Below, piece by piece: positions 46,386 through 58,034 of a DNA stretch of 64,000 bases (positions are counted from its first letter, which is position 1; the number at the start of each line of letters is the position of its first letter). The position numbers and the translations under genes were made by a program. Where the stretch lies: positions 1 through 64,000 of IMG/VR virus record IMGVR_UViG_3300032241_000811. One strand, written 5' to 3'. Below the pieces are notes generated by a model. It did no database searches and had not been told where the DNA came from. It saw only the letters and a list, made by a program, of their open reading frames with translations. The DNA is from a virus.

Positions 46386-48971
46386 TTATGCGAAGAAGTC
46401 CTCCAGTGATGAAACCTTTTCTGTCTTCCATCCGATAGCATTCAAAATGATACGAACAGGCTCGACAAACGCCTTTTCATATTGGGTTTCATAGTCTATG
46501 TAGTTATCTAAACCAAACTCTTTTGGCAAAGATTGAGGAAATGCAATGATGTCTGACTGTATAGCATTGGGCTCCTTGAGATAGATATACTTGATCTTCT
46601 CACCTTCATTGATGCGATTATACCGCTTTGTCAGATTTTTTTCCTTGAGCAAATGATTATAGAGCAATGAGCCACGCACATGGATTGGTGTTCCCTTGTC
46701 ATAGATGCGTGTCTTGTGGCTATACTCAGATAACCCATTCACGCCACGAGGAAATGAAATCTCAGGCGGCGATGTCTTGCTAAACTGTTTGCGATAGTCA
46801 TCAATGAATGCAATCACATCTTCTTCTGTACCATTCAGAATGATATCAACAATCTTTTTGAGTTTGTCTCGGCAGTCAGATGGAGTTGAGGATTTTACCA
46901 TTTCTAAACCCATGACCTTAACCTTGGGCTTTGCATAGTCAACACCTTCATTATTATGCACATTGAGGATATAGCGTTTCTTTGCCGTCCAGATACCCTT
47001 GTCAGCAAGAGCCTCTCGCTTCATCTTCATTTTTTGCGCATAGGCATTGATATACTCAGCAAGGTTAGAATAAGACTTGTCAATAAACTGTTGTATCTTA
47101 GCTTCGCAAACACGGTCCATGAAGGCGATGATATATTTTGTGTCAGCATTTGGTTTCTCTTCAGTAATAGTTCTGCTGACCAAATCAGCAAGCGATAGGT
47201 AAATACTATCCGTATCTGATGCAATAACATAGTCCTTGTCCTCGGTGTTTTTCAGAATCTTATTCATATATAGATTCATTTCGTTTTCAATCCATCTAAT
47301 GGCTAACTGCCCAGATGTGGTAATAGCAGATGCAAGTCGGATATCAAAGAAACGGAAATATTCAGAACCCAATGCACCATAAGCTGAGTTCAATGAAACT
47401 TTCTTGGCCAATTGCAGATTGTTATATCGTGCAATTCGCTTCTCTACTTCAAATCGCTTGGCTGGGTCTGTTTCTTTTTCAAGTTCTTTCTTTGCTTCTA
47501 TGGACTTTTTCTTATAAACAGCACGGTCATTATACATAGCTTCCATCAACTCAGCAAGGAAGCCCTGCTTAGACTTGTCAAAGAACTGTGCATTTGGAGA
47601 TAGCGTTGCATTGATTGTTTCCAACGCGCTGAGTTCAATCTCTTTATTCAACAGTTTATTCACATTCACACCTTGAGATAAGATGCGGTGGTGTGTGTCA
47701 GTATACTTTTCTGGTGGTATAAACGTATCTGGCGAAATGTTCCACTGCATAATCAAATGTGGATAGAGTGAATTGAGGTCAAAGCTTGCAACCCACTTAT
47801 GCATACCCAGTATAGGGTCTTTGACATATGCGCCAATGTAAGCAGAATCCTTTGAGTGTGTAGTCAAAGGAGGAATTACAATGTTCTTGGATTTGAGATG
47901 ATTATAGATGATTACATCCCACATCCTGACTTGTGTGAATACATCATCATAATTGCACTTGTTATCATAAGCCAAAGTCAAGGATAACTCAATCAACTTG
48001 AGTTTGTCATCTAGGCGACCGACAAGTTCAACGTCTTTGATGTTATACTCAATGAACTTCTGGTAGTTTTCTTTATAGAGATTGTGCAGATTGCCATATT
48101 CTTCATATGACATCTTTCTCTCATTCAGTTCCAAATGGCAGATGGCATCAAGCTTATAGGACTCTTGTGAGTTGCCGCCAGGCGCAAACTTCTTATAGAG
48201 TTCAAGATAATCCAGAATAGCAATGCCAATAGGCTCATAAGATGTTTGCTTACGCCCCATAAGAACTACTGTGCGCTCAGATAGTTTGTTCCAAGGTGAG
48301 ATACGATTGGCCATATCATCGCCGAGCAAAATACGAATACGATTGATGAGATAGGGAATATCAAAGAACTTGACGTTCCATCCTGTGATGATGTCTGGAT
48401 AATCGCCAGACCATTCGTCAATAAATCTCTTGAGCAAGTCTGTTTCAGACCAGCATTTGATATAATGCACATCGGGGCGAGGATTGTCAAAGTCCCCACA
48501 GCCAAGCGCAATGAACTTGCCTTGGTTGTTCTTGAATGTGATTGCTGTGATGGGTTCTGCCGCTGTTGCAGGCTCAGGGAAACCATTTTCAGAACCAACC
48601 TCGATGTCAATGTTGGTAATGTTGATTAGGTTGATATCCCAATCAATATGTCTTTCTGGAAATGTTTCAGCAATATACTGGTACTCATAACGCTGCATAC
48701 CATAGATGGTGAAGTTTTGCACATCTTGATACTGCTTGACAAATTCACGACATTCATAGATTGTCCCAGGATTTACCTCTGAAACATATTCTCCATGAAT
48801 AGTCGTGAACTTTGTAGGCTGATTTGATCTGAGAAATAATGTAGGCTGAAATGACAGCCTCTTTCTTACTTTTGTGTTACCATTCTCAACTCCCCGATAG
48901 AGGATTTTTGAGCCAAATGTTTGGACATTAGTATAAAAGAAAGAAGATGAAGCTGCTTTGTCATTCGTCAT
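46386..48971 (-). CDS. 43: family B DNA polymerase gp43
   Basis: DIEV, GWN..FDIPY, FDLNSLYP, K..LNSAYG, SDTDS. Confidence 0.97.
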   Translation of the reverse strand: MTNDKAASSSFFYTNVQTFGSKILYRGVENGNTKVRKRLSFQPTLFLRSNQPTKFTTIHGEYVSEVNPGTIYECREFVKQYQDVQNFTIYGMQRYEYQYIAETFPERHIDWDINLINITNIDIEVGSENGFPEPATAAEPITAITFKNNQGKFIALGCGDFDNPRPDVHYIKCWSETDLLKRFIDEWSGDYPDIITGWNVKFFDIPYLINRIRILLGDDMANRISPWNKLSERTVVLMGRKQTSYEPIGIAILDYLELYKKFAPGGNSQESYKLDAICHLELNERKMSYEEYGNLHNLYKENYQKFIEYNIKDVELVGRLDDKLKLIELSLTLAYDNKCNYDDVFTQVRMWDVIIYNHLKSKNIVIPPLTTHSKDSAYIGAYVKDPILGMHKWVASFDLNSLYPHLIMQWNISPDTFIPPEKYTDTHHRILSQGVNVNKLLNKEIELSALETINATLSPNAQFFDKSKQGFLAELMEAMYNDRAVYKKKSIEAKKELEKETDPAKRFEVEKRIARYNNLQLAKKVSLNSAYGALGSEYFRFFDIRLASAITTSGQLAIRWIENEMNLYMNKILKNTEDKDYVIASDTDSIYLSLADLVSRTITEEKPNADTKYIIAFMDRVCEAKIQQFIDKSYSNLAEYINAYAQKMKMKREALADKGIWTAKKRYILNVHNNEGVDYAKPKVKVMGLEMVKSSTPSDCRDKLKKIVDIILNGTEEDVIAFIDDYRKQFSKTSPPEISFPRGVNGLSEYSHKTRIYDKGTPIHVRGSLLYNHLLKEKNLTKRYNRINEGEKIKYIYLKEPNAIQSDIIAFPQSLPKEFGLDNYIDYETQYEKAFVEPVRIILNAIGWKTEKVSSLEDFFA

Positions 48972-48974
48972 TAT

Positions 48975-49307
48975 TTACCTTGGTAGAATCAGTTTGTTAC
49001 TGTTTTGTGGAAGAACTAAACCACCAAATAGGGACTTATACTGGTTCAGAAACTCCGGGATGGGGTTCATTATACAGACAATATGGCTGTTGTCAATAGT
49101 AAAGTCCTTGTCGTCAGAAAATTCTGCCCAAGGCAAGAAACCAATATTGGGTGTCTTGGGATCAGCCTTTGACACACCAGCATAGACGACACGAATCGGC
49201 TGCCGAATGGTAGTTGTCCTATCGCTCTTAGCCACAACTTCGGCTAAGAGTTCATCACGATTGGACATCTTGATAAGCTTGATCTTGTTTGTTTCTGTAG
49301 TCATCAT
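48975..49307 (-). CDS. Sm-like hypothetical protein
   Basis: typical gp43 neighbour; IKL.K....EL.A..V, PW. Confidence 0.6.
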   Translation of the reverse strand: MMTTETNKIKLIKMSNRDELLAEVVAKSDRTTTIRQPIRVVYAGVSKADPKTPNIGFLPWAEFSDDKDFTIDNSHIVCIMNPIPEFLNQYKSLFGGLVLPQNSNKLILPR

Positions 49308-50015
49308 ATCACCTCAAACATCTAACTGGAGAAGCCAATCAAATACCCCGACAGTCATCCACTTCTCTGGAATGTAAGTCAAACGGTGCCCGCTCTCAGA
49401 CTTATAGACATACTTATTGTCATAGTCTATGACCTTGACGATCTTCTCCCACTTGCCGTCATATTCGCGCTGCTTGAACTGAGTTTCGAGGATTTTCATT
49501 TTTATCTCCTAGTTATTGAATGCGTTTGGTGTTTTCAGTTTCTCGGCGGTTGTGACAGTCACATTACCATTCTCATTATTGAGTAGAAACAATGGTGTCA
49601 ACCCTGCGTTTTTATATTCGTCTGCCATCTTGATGATCTTTTGCAGGTTGCTGCCTTTTTCAGGACCAAGAATATCAAGCCCTTCTTGAATCATCTGTTG
49701 TGAAATCACTATCAGATTATCTTCTTCACCAGAAATCACGATCTACCTCTTTTTCTTCTGCTATCTTTTCGTTTACTAGCTTGGTAATACATTCATCACA
49801 TATAGGGCCCAACTCATATCTGTCAGGAGAAGCATTCAACTCATACTTTTTCATATCAGCTACTCTTGAACCATAGTAGCCTTGAATGTAGTGCTTGCCC
49901 TCTGATAGATATACATCTGCTGCACAACCATAAAACTGGTCTGTATTGTAGCTGCCAGGAAATACTTCCTGTGTATAAGTTTCACCACAAGTCTTGCATA
50001 TGATACGAGGTGTGA

Positions 50016-50462
50016 TCATTTTCTCTTTTCAAACTCATCAATGTATTGCGTCAATGCTGTCTTGACACCCAGGCCAATCAAAGAATCCCTCACATCAATA
50101 GGCAAGTCAAGAGTGAGAGTCAACGAGCCATCATCGTTCTCAACAGTTGATACAATCAGATCATCCGGTTCTGAAACAGGATTATACATCTCCTCAAAGA
50201 TGTGCTTCTTGTTGAACCAATACTCACCCTTTGGTCCCTTGATAAGATAGTCACCATTCATTGCGGTCATATGCCCTTCTAGTGTGATGATCGTGAGAGC
50301 AGACATATCCAGAGGATCAATAGGGTTGATGCGATGCACAGCCTTGTCTTCATAGATTGCTCTATGAACCCAATCAGGAATGTTACCTTGATTATCTATC
50401 TCCAAGGTATCTATCTGCCAAGCATCCACAGGGATGGGCTTCTTGATGTATTTACCTACCAT
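50016..50462 (-). CDS. PGDYG-like phage protein
   Basis: KKP..V.A.Q, TLEG.M.A..GDY.IKG.KGE. Confidence 0.7.
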   Translation of the reverse strand: MVGKYIKKPIPVDAWQIDTLEIDNQGNIPDWVHRAIYEDKAVHRINPIDPLDMSALTIITLEGHMTAMNGDYLIKGPKGEYWFNKKHIFEEMYNPVSEPDDLIVSTVENDDGSLTLTLDLPIDVRDSLIGLGVKTALTQYIDEFEKRK

Positions 50463-51014
50463 GATTGTCCTTTATTACATCTGAGACTTGTCGCCCTGAG
50501 CCATGCCAGAAAGAATGTCCTTAGGGGCCGCAGGAATGCACTGATAGTAAACTGTGCCGTTATTCGTTCCAATAGAGTTCTGTTCTTTACCAGCAATCTG
50601 ATCACCATAGTATTTGCACTTCTTTTCAGTGCTATCATCTGGCGTGTTTGGAAAATACAACTTGTTATTGACTGTACCGTTTTGCAGAATTGTAGTGACA
50701 ACTAAAATCCAAATCATAATCATATACCTTTCATACAAGTAGTTTGAGTTTGGGAGATAAGCGACTCAGTTGAAGAAGTGCTTCTTCCTTTTGATCGCGC
50801 ATAAGAAGTTCTTGAATGTGGTCCAAGGAATCAGTCCACTTTTCATTTATCTTATATCCTCGGCTTTCCAGTTCATCAATAAGTTCATTATCTGAAAATT
50901 CATCCAGATCAACCTTAACCTCTGCTGATACATGAGCCATGGTGACTTCTTTTCTCCATTCAAGTTATTAATATGACACTATAGCAAAAGCTTGATGGTA
51001 AGTCAAGCTTTATT

Positions 51015-51164
51015 TTATTGCCCTCTACCAGATGGTCTTCTGGAAGGCTTCCTCATAGCTGCACTGGAAGGCTTTTTTGGTGTTTCCAGTTTGGGCTTTC
51101 TGACCTTGCTAAGACGAGCAGCGGCTTCAGAAATGTAATCACGAATGGATTTATTATTAGGCAT
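51015..51164 (-). CDS. small basic protein
   Basis: MPNNKSIRDYISE followed by a K/R/P-rich tail; AGGAG RBS. Confidence 0.5.
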   Translation of the reverse strand: MPNNKSIRDYISEAAARLSKVRKPKLETPKKPSSAAMRKPSRRPSGRGQ

Positions 51165-51176
51165 TGAGTATCTCCT

Positions 51177-52064
51177 TTATGCTATCAACGATTCTATCTT
51201 GTCTTGCAAGTCTTGTACACCAGTGAACTTATGCCCAATGAACTTGCATTTCAACTTGTCATAACTGCCGTAGAAAAAGCATGTTATGTCAGGGTCTTTA
51301 CTAAATGACATGAATGTTTTGTTTGGGTTCATCAGGTTCTCTCTGGTATGTGTAAAGCAGAATGGTCCTGAGTCTCGCCCAATAATCACATCACAGAATG
51401 TGGATATGTATCCAATCTCATTCAAATCGGTTCTATTCAGCTTATTGATTTCAGTTGTGGATATGATGTTATTCTGCTTGTGTTCAAACCGCTTTGTCAC
51501 GATAAACATCTTGTCTTGATGCTTCTCAGCGATGAACCTTATCATTTCAGACATATCACTATTGAACTCTGGTATCTGCTTACTCATACCTGGACCGTTA
51601 GATATTAGAATCTTTTTTCGCTTTTCAATGCGATCAAACTCTTTTGCATTGTCAATGGCATAATAAGAATAGTCAGTAGTTGGCAGCCAGAACTCATCTT
51701 GCGGCTTGGGCATCAGATTAAGATGAAACATATTGTTCAGCAGTCTTATGATTTCGCAGTAGAACTTGTAATAGAAGTTCCATGTAACTTCTGCTTGATT
51801 GAATACCTTTAAGTAAGTTCCCAGCCAAGTATTGACAAGCACTGCATCAGGCCCATAAAGTATTGTTGCATGATCTGATATAGCACTGGTGTTGAATGGA
51901 CCCTGTGGAATATTCAAGTCTCTGACAACCCAATATCCATTCAGATGTGCATAAGAAAACTCAGAATTTGGTAACTGGCTCATCAAGTCACGCACCAATG
52001 GCTTGGTGTAATGCAAATCACCATTATGATAGTGATTGTAGAATATGATCTTCTGCCCCATCAT
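51177..52064 (-). CDS. glycosyltransferase-like protein
   Basis: HNGDLH N-terminus, CDVIIGRDSGP (GT-B-like); in the sugar cluster. Confidence 0.55.
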   Translation of the reverse strand: MMGQKIIFYNHYHNGDLHYTKPLVRDLMSQLPNSEFSYAHLNGYWVVRDLNIPQGPFNTSAISDHATILYGPDAVLVNTWLGTYLKVFNQAEVTWNFYYKFYCEIIRLLNNMFHLNLMPKPQDEFWLPTTDYSYYAIDNAKEFDRIEKRKKILISNGPGMSKQIPEFNSDMSEMIRFIAEKHQDKMFIVTKRFEHKQNNIISTTEINKLNRTDLNEIGYISTFCDVIIGRDSGPFCFTHTRENLMNPNKTFMSFSKDPDITCFFYGSYDKLKCKFIGHKFTGVQDLQDKIESLIA

Positions 52065-52453
52065 ACGCCTTTATATAACTTCACTGAGTTTTCTTTGAGT
52101 GCCTTGCCGTTGACAATGGCATCATCAAGTATCTGGTTGATTGCTTGCACCAGCTTGGGGCGCTTGACTTTGAAGCATTGGTCGATCTTCTGCTTGATGT
52201 CTGCAATATCTTCTGGTGTTGTTGCTTCCTTGATCTTATCTTCAAGCATCCAAGTCCTGATGTGAAGAATAATCAGCTTCTCTATTACCTCACCGATATT
52301 GTCGGTATTATTGTATTCCATTGCTCTTACAAACTGTGCTTTTTCAGTAAAGCTGTCAAAATCTGTAGCAAGATAAGTGCTTATTCGGTTCATCAACAAC
52401 AGGTCGATGTATTCACCAATCACAAGGTTCTCATTCATATTCACATACTCCAT
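52061..52453 (-). CDS. DUF4254-like helical protein
   Basis: G..I.KL.ILHIR.W.LED...R..L...I. Confidence 0.5.
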   Translation of the reverse strand: MEYVNMNENLVIGEYIDLLLMNRISTYLATDFDSFTEKAQFVRAMEYNNTDNIGEVIEKLIILHIRTWMLEDKIKEATTPEDIADIKQKIDQCFKVKRPKLVQAINQILDDAIVNGKALKENSVKLYKGV

Positions 52454-53619
52454 AAAATCTCACCAAGCATGTCCATATCCGCATTATGAACAAACTGGTT
52501 ATTACCTATATATACACCATTTTCATGTAGGATGTCAACATTAAAATTGCCATTCTTATCTGATTCTATCTTGTAACCAGATTCTTTCAGATAAGGCTGC
52601 CTCAAAAGGTTTCCGCCAACAATCGGTCTGTACTCAATGGAGTTTTCATTCAGAGTCTTTATCAAGTCTTGCTTTATCTCCTTGCTGCGGCAGATCAATG
52701 GAAAGCAGAACGAACTGTTATTGGGTGTGTTGTTGACTGGATAGAATAAGTCTTGACGCCCCTCAACTATATTATAGAACACTTCATGGTTATCTCTGCG
52801 AGTTTTTATAAAGCAATCAAGCTTCTTCAACTGTGATAACCCAAGCACAGCAGCAAGTTCTGTATTGCGGAAGTTATATCCGTCAAGCACAAACAAGAAC
52901 TGTTTTTCAATGTCAGGATATTTTCTGTTATAAAAATGAGGAGCCAAGGCGTTGCGTGACATACCATGTGAACGCATCATACGCATTGCATTATATAACT
53001 CGGTGTCATTGGTTGTAATCATACCACCTTCAATGGTTGACATATGATGCCCAAAGTAGAAAGAGAAAGTTGCGCCAGTGCTTCTTGAACCAACCAAATC
53101 TCCATGATGATCTACGCAGCCGTGTGATTCACAAACATCATCAATATAGATAGCATTGGGCAGAATCTTCTTGAATAGATGCACTGGTGCTGGAATGCCC
53201 AATAGATGTGTGACAAACACAGCCTTGATGTCAGTATGCTTCTCAGAAATGTATTTGAGATTGTGCAGATCAAAAGAATAGTTATGCAGATCAATGTCAC
53301 AAAATATAGGCTGCAACCCCAACTGTATGATAGGGTTGATGTTCGTCACCCAGGTGCAAGCAGGAACAACAACCTTGTCACCCTTGTTGAGGCGCTTGGT
53401 TGCTATCAATGCAGCAATCAGCAAAAAGTTTGCGGTGCTACCAGAAGATACAAACAAAGAGTGTTTGCCGCCCAACCACCAAGACCATTCGCGTTCAAAT
53501 TCTTCAACTTTCTTGCCCTGTGTGAACTTGTCTGTTGTCAAAACAAACTTTGCTAGTTTCAGCCTGTCCATGAATGACAAGCTGTTCTTTTGCAGGGGCC
53601 AATCAAACTCTGATTTCAT
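52441..53619 (-). CDS. DegT family PLP enzyme, ColD-like 3-dehydratase
   Basis: SSGSTAN, DVCESHG, SFYFGHHMSTIEGG (His at the usual Lys position), GYNFR. Confidence 0.8.
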   Translation of the reverse strand: MKSEFDWPLQKNSLSFMDRLKLAKFVLTTDKFTQGKKVEEFEREWSWWLGGKHSLFVSSGSTANFLLIAALIATKRLNKGDKVVVPACTWVTNINPIIQLGLQPIFCDIDLHNYSFDLHNLKYISEKHTDIKAVFVTHLLGIPAPVHLFKKILPNAIYIDDVCESHGCVDHHGDLVGSRSTGATFSFYFGHHMSTIEGGMITTNDTELYNAMRMMRSHGMSRNALAPHFYNRKYPDIEKQFLFVLDGYNFRNTELAAVLGLSQLKKLDCFIKTRRDNHEVFYNIVEGRQDLFYPVNNTPNNSSFCFPLICRSKEIKQDLIKTLNENSIEYRPIVGGNLLRQPYLKESGYKIESDKNGNFNVDILHENGVYIGNNQFVHNADMDMLGEILWSM

Positions 53620-54550
53620 TTGTATCTCTGTTGTTCAAATACCAGTCTATTGTCATTCTCAGACCTTGACGCAGATCAACTTTTGGTTTCCATCCAAGAG
53701 CATCCATCTTTGATGTGTCTAATGCTCTGCGTGGTGTGCCATTTGGTTTTGATGTATCCCAAACAATCTGACCTTGATAGCCAAAGATGTCTGCTACAGT
53801 TTCGGCAAGTTCCTTGATCGTCACTTCATGGTTTGGTCCAATGTTGATAGGACCAGGGTCATCATAGTTGTTCATCAAGAAGATGCAAGCATCAGCAAGG
53901 TCATCACTATATAGAAACTCTCTGGTTGGTGTGCCATCTCCAAAACAGGTTATTGTCTGATAGTTATTTTCCTTTGCAGCAATGAAGCGATTGATGAATG
54001 AAGGAATCACATGGCACTTCTCTGGATCAAAGTTATCGTGAATGCCATATAGATTATTTGGCATGACTGAGACTGTCTTGAAGCCATACTGCTCTGTATA
54101 TTTCTGGCACATTGTCAGACCAATGATCTTTGACAGCGCATAGCCTATGTTAGTAGGTTCCATTGGACCTGTGAGCAGGTCTGTTTCCTTGATTGGAACA
54201 GGAGCAAACTTGGGGTAGATGCAAGCTGAACCCAAGAATAATAGCTTCTTGGCTCCTGATACATATGCTGAATCAATCACATTTGTCTGTATAAGCAGAT
54301 TGTCTCTGATGTATTCTGCTGGGTGCTTTTGATTATGCCCAATGCCACCAACCTTTGCTGCTGCTAGAAACACATAGTCAGGCTTCTCTGCTCTGAAAAG
54401 TTCAAATGTTTCTTGCTGATTGCGAAAGTCGCATCTTTGACGCCCAACACCTACGATGTTTGTATAGCCTTGCTGTCTCAGTTGTCGGTCAATAGCAGAA
54501 CCAACAAGACCATTAGCCCCTGCTATCAAAATCTTCTCATTACTGTCCAT
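53603..54550 (-). CDS. fcl: GDP-L-fucose/colitose synthase
   Basis: [35 protein letters not shown]. Confidence 0.92.
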   Translation of the reverse strand: MDSNEKILIAGANGLVGSAIDRQLRQQGYTNIVGVGRQRCDFRNQQETFELFRAEKPDYVFLAAAKVGGIGHNQKHPAEYIRDNLLIQTNVIDSAYVSGAKKLLFLGSACIYPKFAPVPIKETDLLTGPMEPTNIGYALSKIIGLTMCQKYTEQYGFKTVSVMPNNLYGIHDNFDPEKCHVIPSFINRFIAAKENNYQTITCFGDGTPTREFLYSDDLADACIFLMNNYDDPGPINIGPNHEVTIKELAETVADIFGYQGQIVWDTSKPNGTPRRALDTSKMDALGWKPKVDLRQGLRMTIDWYLNNRDTNEIRV

Positions 54551-55556
54551 AGAGACACATCTCCTTTACAAGGTCTTTGAATGAATACTGTGGCTTCCAA
54601 CCAAGTGCTTTACGCGCCTTTGTGGAATCACCCAATAGCGTTTCAACTTCTGATGGTCTGAAGTATCTTTCATTGATGCGAATACGAACTTCACCAGTCT
54701 GATCAACACCAACTTCATTCAATCCTTCACCCTGCCATGTGATATTCATGCCAAAATATGGTGCAGCTTCATTGACGAAATCCCTGACTGAATACTGCTC
54801 ACCAGTAGCTATGACATAATCATCTGGCTCTGGTTGTTGCAGCATCAGCCACATTGCTTCAACAAAGTCTTTTGCATGACCCCAATCTCGCTTTGCATTG
54901 AGATTACCAAGTTCCAAGACTTTTTGATAACCAGAACTGATGCGAGACAGCCCCTTGACAATCTTGCGTGTCACGAATGTTTCACCGCGTCTTGGTGATT
55001 CGTGATTGAATAGAATGCCTGATGAGCAGTGCATACCATATGCTTCACGATAGTTCTTTACAATCCAGAAGCCATAAATCTTAGCCACACCATATGGCGA
55101 TCTCGGATAGAACGGTGTCTTTTCTGTCTGTGGCGTTTCTTGCACCAGCCCATAGAGTTCAGATGTTGAAGCCTGATAGATACGAACCTGCTTCTCCAGG
55201 CCCAATAGCCTCACAGCTTCCAAAACACGCAGCGTTCCCAAAGCATCTACTTGACCAGTATACTCTGGAATCTCAAATGATACTTTGACATGGGACTGTG
55301 CGCCCAGATTGTAAATCTCTGTGGGTTGTATATCCTTGATGATACGAATCAGGCTTGAACCATCAGTCAAGTCACCATAATGCAGTTTCAGCTTATGATA
55401 GATATGGTCGATGCGATCTGTATTGATCAGAGAAGCACGGCGCACAATGCCATGCACTTCATATCCCTTTTCAAGCAACAACTCAGCCAAGAATGAACCG
55501 TCTTGCCCGGTGATGCCTGTTATCAGTGCTACATTTCTGGGTCTTATCGCTGTCAT
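54540..55556 (-). CDS. gmd: GDP-mannose 4,6-dehydratase
   Basis: [42 protein letters not shown]. Confidence 0.96.
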   Translation of the reverse strand: MTAIRPRNVALITGITGQDGSFLAELLLEKGYEVHGIVRRASLINTDRIDHIYHKLKLHYGDLTDGSSLIRIIKDIQPTEIYNLGAQSHVKVSFEIPEYTGQVDALGTLRVLEAVRLLGLEKQVRIYQASTSELYGLVQETPQTEKTPFYPRSPYGVAKIYGFWIVKNYREAYGMHCSSGILFNHESPRRGETFVTRKIVKGLSRISSGYQKVLELGNLNAKRDWGHAKDFVEAMWLMLQQPEPDDYVIATGEQYSVRDFVNEAAPYFGMNITWQGEGLNEVGVDQTGEVRIRINERYFRPSEVETLLGDSTKARKALGWKPQYSFKDLVKEMCLYGQ

Positions 55557-56458
55557 TGTATCATTATCCTTGTATAAACATTTGTGTCAAACCATCTTGT
55601 GAATCGGTCCAAGTTGGTAAATCTATTTCCTATTGAACTATGAAATAAAGGCTGTTGGTATATTTGGTTGTATACACTATCATTACTGTCTACCAACTCT
55701 ATTGCTTTAATAAAATCTTCATCACTGGCAAAGTTATGCCTATTGAGAAATGCCAATGGATTGAAATCAACTTCAATTGTTGGGCTGCCCCAATAGATCG
55801 GAATAGTTCCTCCCATATACGCTTCATATAGCTTTTCAGTAGCATAGCCAGGATAGCTGCTGTTTTCATAACAGATGTTGAACTTATAATCTTTTAGCCA
55901 TTCCATTTTTGCCTTGGGCGCATTGTCACCATATTCCAATACATGCCCTATATTATTGAACAACGGACCGCCGCTGTCAACCTTTTTATATTCGGAAAGC
56001 TTATGAAACATATTGTTGCGCATTTGGCAACTAGGATTGCGCACCAAAAAAGAGCAGAACTTAGTCTTTGAGTTTACATCTTCTGGGCTTCTAATATGAC
56101 TTTGAGACATATTAGGCCATCCTTTCACCTTGTTATGCCAATCATAGATCACATACAAAGGTAGTCTGTAGTGTGTTTCATCCTCAATGTGATCAAAAGA
56201 AATAAAGCAATGTGCATCATAGTTCCAGGGTCTTTGGTTCTCACCAGTGTAGAATACCTTGACGACTTTGTTCTTGTCTATGTTGAGATTGTTATGCCCA
56301 AAGTTACTATCACCAAAGATAACAACCTGAGGATTGTTTTGATCAACAGTAACAGCAAACTTGCTACTCAACACATTTAAGAAGAACGTGGCGATCTGAT
56401 TATTGGTATCAGTAAAGCCAAGGCGCAACGGCTTCTTCATCATCTGGAAAATATCCAA
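55553..56458 (-). CDS. GT10 alpha-1,3-fucosyltransferase-like
   Basis: [15 protein letters not shown]...GY.TEK, IPIYWG. Confidence 0.9.
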   Translation of the reverse strand: MDIFQMMKKPLRLGFTDTNNQIATFFLNVLSSKFAVTVDQNNPQVVIFGDSNFGHNNLNIDKNKVVKVFYTGENQRPWNYDAHCFISFDHIEDETHYRLPLYVIYDWHNKVKGWPNMSQSHIRSPEDVNSKTKFCSFLVRNPSCQMRNNMFHKLSEYKKVDSGGPLFNNIGHVLEYGDNAPKAKMEWLKDYKFNICYENSSYPGYATEKLYEAYMGGTIPIYWGSPTIEVDFNPLAFLNRHNFASDEDFIKAIELVDSNDSVYNQIYQQPLFHSSIGNRFTNLDRFTRWFDTNVYTRIMIQ

Positions 56459-57063
56459 TCTTCTTGAACAATTTCTTTTGTTGATGGGTCATGGTGCTTA
56501 TAGATCGTATTGACAAGCACATTTGGCTTAAAACCCATGTCTTGCAGAAACTTTGATACTTCATCCTTGAGTGGCGAGCCTTTGTTGTATTCAACCAAAG
56601 ACAGTTCAATCATGATGTGCTTTGCTTTTTCAAATGTCTTGGGTCCGCCCTTGATGATGTCAAGTTCAGACCCCTGTGTATCCATCTTGATCAACTCAAA
56701 CTCTTTCTGCTTTTCAAACTTCTTGAGTATGACTTCATCCAAAAGCTTTGTCTGTGTCTTTGAATAATCGTTTTCATTGAAATACGGAGTATTCTCAAGA
56801 TAATATGAAACACCAGTTGAAATGAAGTCCTTTGTATTGAAGAACAGCTTGACCTCTTTATGTTCGTCGGAGAGACAAGCAATCTCATATGGAATGCCAA
56901 CCCTGCTGAGATGATTGTCACACCAAGGGTTTGCTTCAATCATGAAGATGTCTATGTTGGGAAAGACATACTTTACAGTATGGGAGAACCGACCCACATT
57001 TGCGCCTATGTCAAGCACACTCAGAATGTTATTGTGGTCGATGAAGTCAATGATTTTCTGCAT
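56440..57063 (-). CDS. FkbM family methyltransferase
   Basis: LDIGAN.G, IEAN, IKMDTQGSEL. Confidence 0.88.
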   Translation of the reverse strand: MQKIIDFIDHNNILSVLDIGANVGRFSHTVKYVFPNIDIFMIEANPWCDNHLSRVGIPYEIACLSDEHKEVKLFFNTKDFISTGVSYYLENTPYFNENDYSKTQTKLLDEVILKKFEKQKEFELIKMDTQGSELDIIKGGPKTFEKAKHIMIELSLVEYNKGSPLKDEVSKFLQDMGFKPNVLVNTIYKHHDPSTKEIVQEDWIFSR

Positions 57064-57083
57064 AATAAAACTCCGTTACTGTA

Positions 57084-58034
57084 TTATATAGTGGCGCTGC
57101 CGTATAGTGCTTCAACCTTATCCTTGAGTGCAGGCACACGATCATATTGATGCACTATGCAGAATGGTTCATTGTGATCATTATAGACTATTCCCTCTTC
57201 ATCAAAGTGTGGCTGAATGTCTTTATATGCTGCAAGATACTCATCGACCGCTGATGGTTTATGTTGAGCAAGCAAGCCAATGTCACCCTTACCTGCATTG
57301 ATTGCTTGCAGGGTTGCACCAAGTTGTGCAGCCCAGGCATCCACATTTGACAATCTACGCACACCGCTCAGATATGGTTGTTGATTGATGAGGAAGTTGA
57401 ACACCGCTTGGTCAACAACAGGAATAGGTCTGTTGATAGACATCTGGAAAATCTGCAACAGAAGGTCTTTGATATATCTGTATTCACCTGCAAGAACACC
57501 AACATTACAAATCATAGCATCTTTCAGATGATTATGAAAGTATGGTCCAAATGCTTCATAGAGGTTTCTATTGTTCCATGGTTCGTCTTTATAGAGCAAG
57601 CCTTCTGCTGAAACAATATACTCATGCCCCATTGAATTATTGATGCGCAGATACTCAGAAGGGTTCAACTGAAACACCACATCGCGGGTGTCTGTTGCTA
57701 TCACATATGCAAACTGCCCACGGGTAGGCAACTTCTCCAAAAAGTTCCACATATAGAAGAAACGCTCAACATGTGGTGCGCCATTGCTTTGTGCCTTGAA
57801 GCTGCCGTCTTGCTGCTGTGTGCCATAGAGCGAGAGTGTTACACCTTCTGCTACCAGCTTGTCTATTGTCTCTTTTGATATGTTGGTTGCTACAAGAGCG
57901 ATCATACCCTTGAAGCCAGATTTCTTGATTGAGTTGACCCAACACTTCAAATGGTCCCATGTATAGTTGGATGCACCACCGATGATGATGTCGGGAAAGT
58001 TGTTTTCATTGTCTGTCATTATGTGTTCTTCCAT
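57084..58034 (-). CDS. GT-A glycosyltransferase-like
   Basis: RFF, TDTRDVVFQ.NP, DQA.FN, VHQYDR. Confidence 0.7.
   Translation of the reverse strand: MEEHIMTDNENNFPDIIIGGASNYTWDHLKCWVNSIKKSGFKGMIALVATNISKETIDKLVAEGVTLSLYGTQQQDGSFKAQSNGAPHVERFFYMWNFLEKLPTRGQFAYVIATDTRDVVFQLNPSEYLRINNSMGHEYIVSAEGLLYKDEPWNNRNLYEAFGPYFHNHLKDAMICNVGVLAGEYRYIKDLLLQIFQMSINRPIPVVDQAVFNFLINQQPYLSGVRRLSNVDAWAAQLGATLQAINAGKGDIGLLAQHKPSAVDEYLAAYKDIQPHFDEEGIVYNDHNEPFCIVHQYDRVPALKDKVEALYGSATI

Noticed and set aside
14499-48971. Inteins or group I introns in nrdJ, thyX, gp41, uvsX and gp43
   Set aside because: The ORFs are continuous and of normal length; the HEGs are intergenic.
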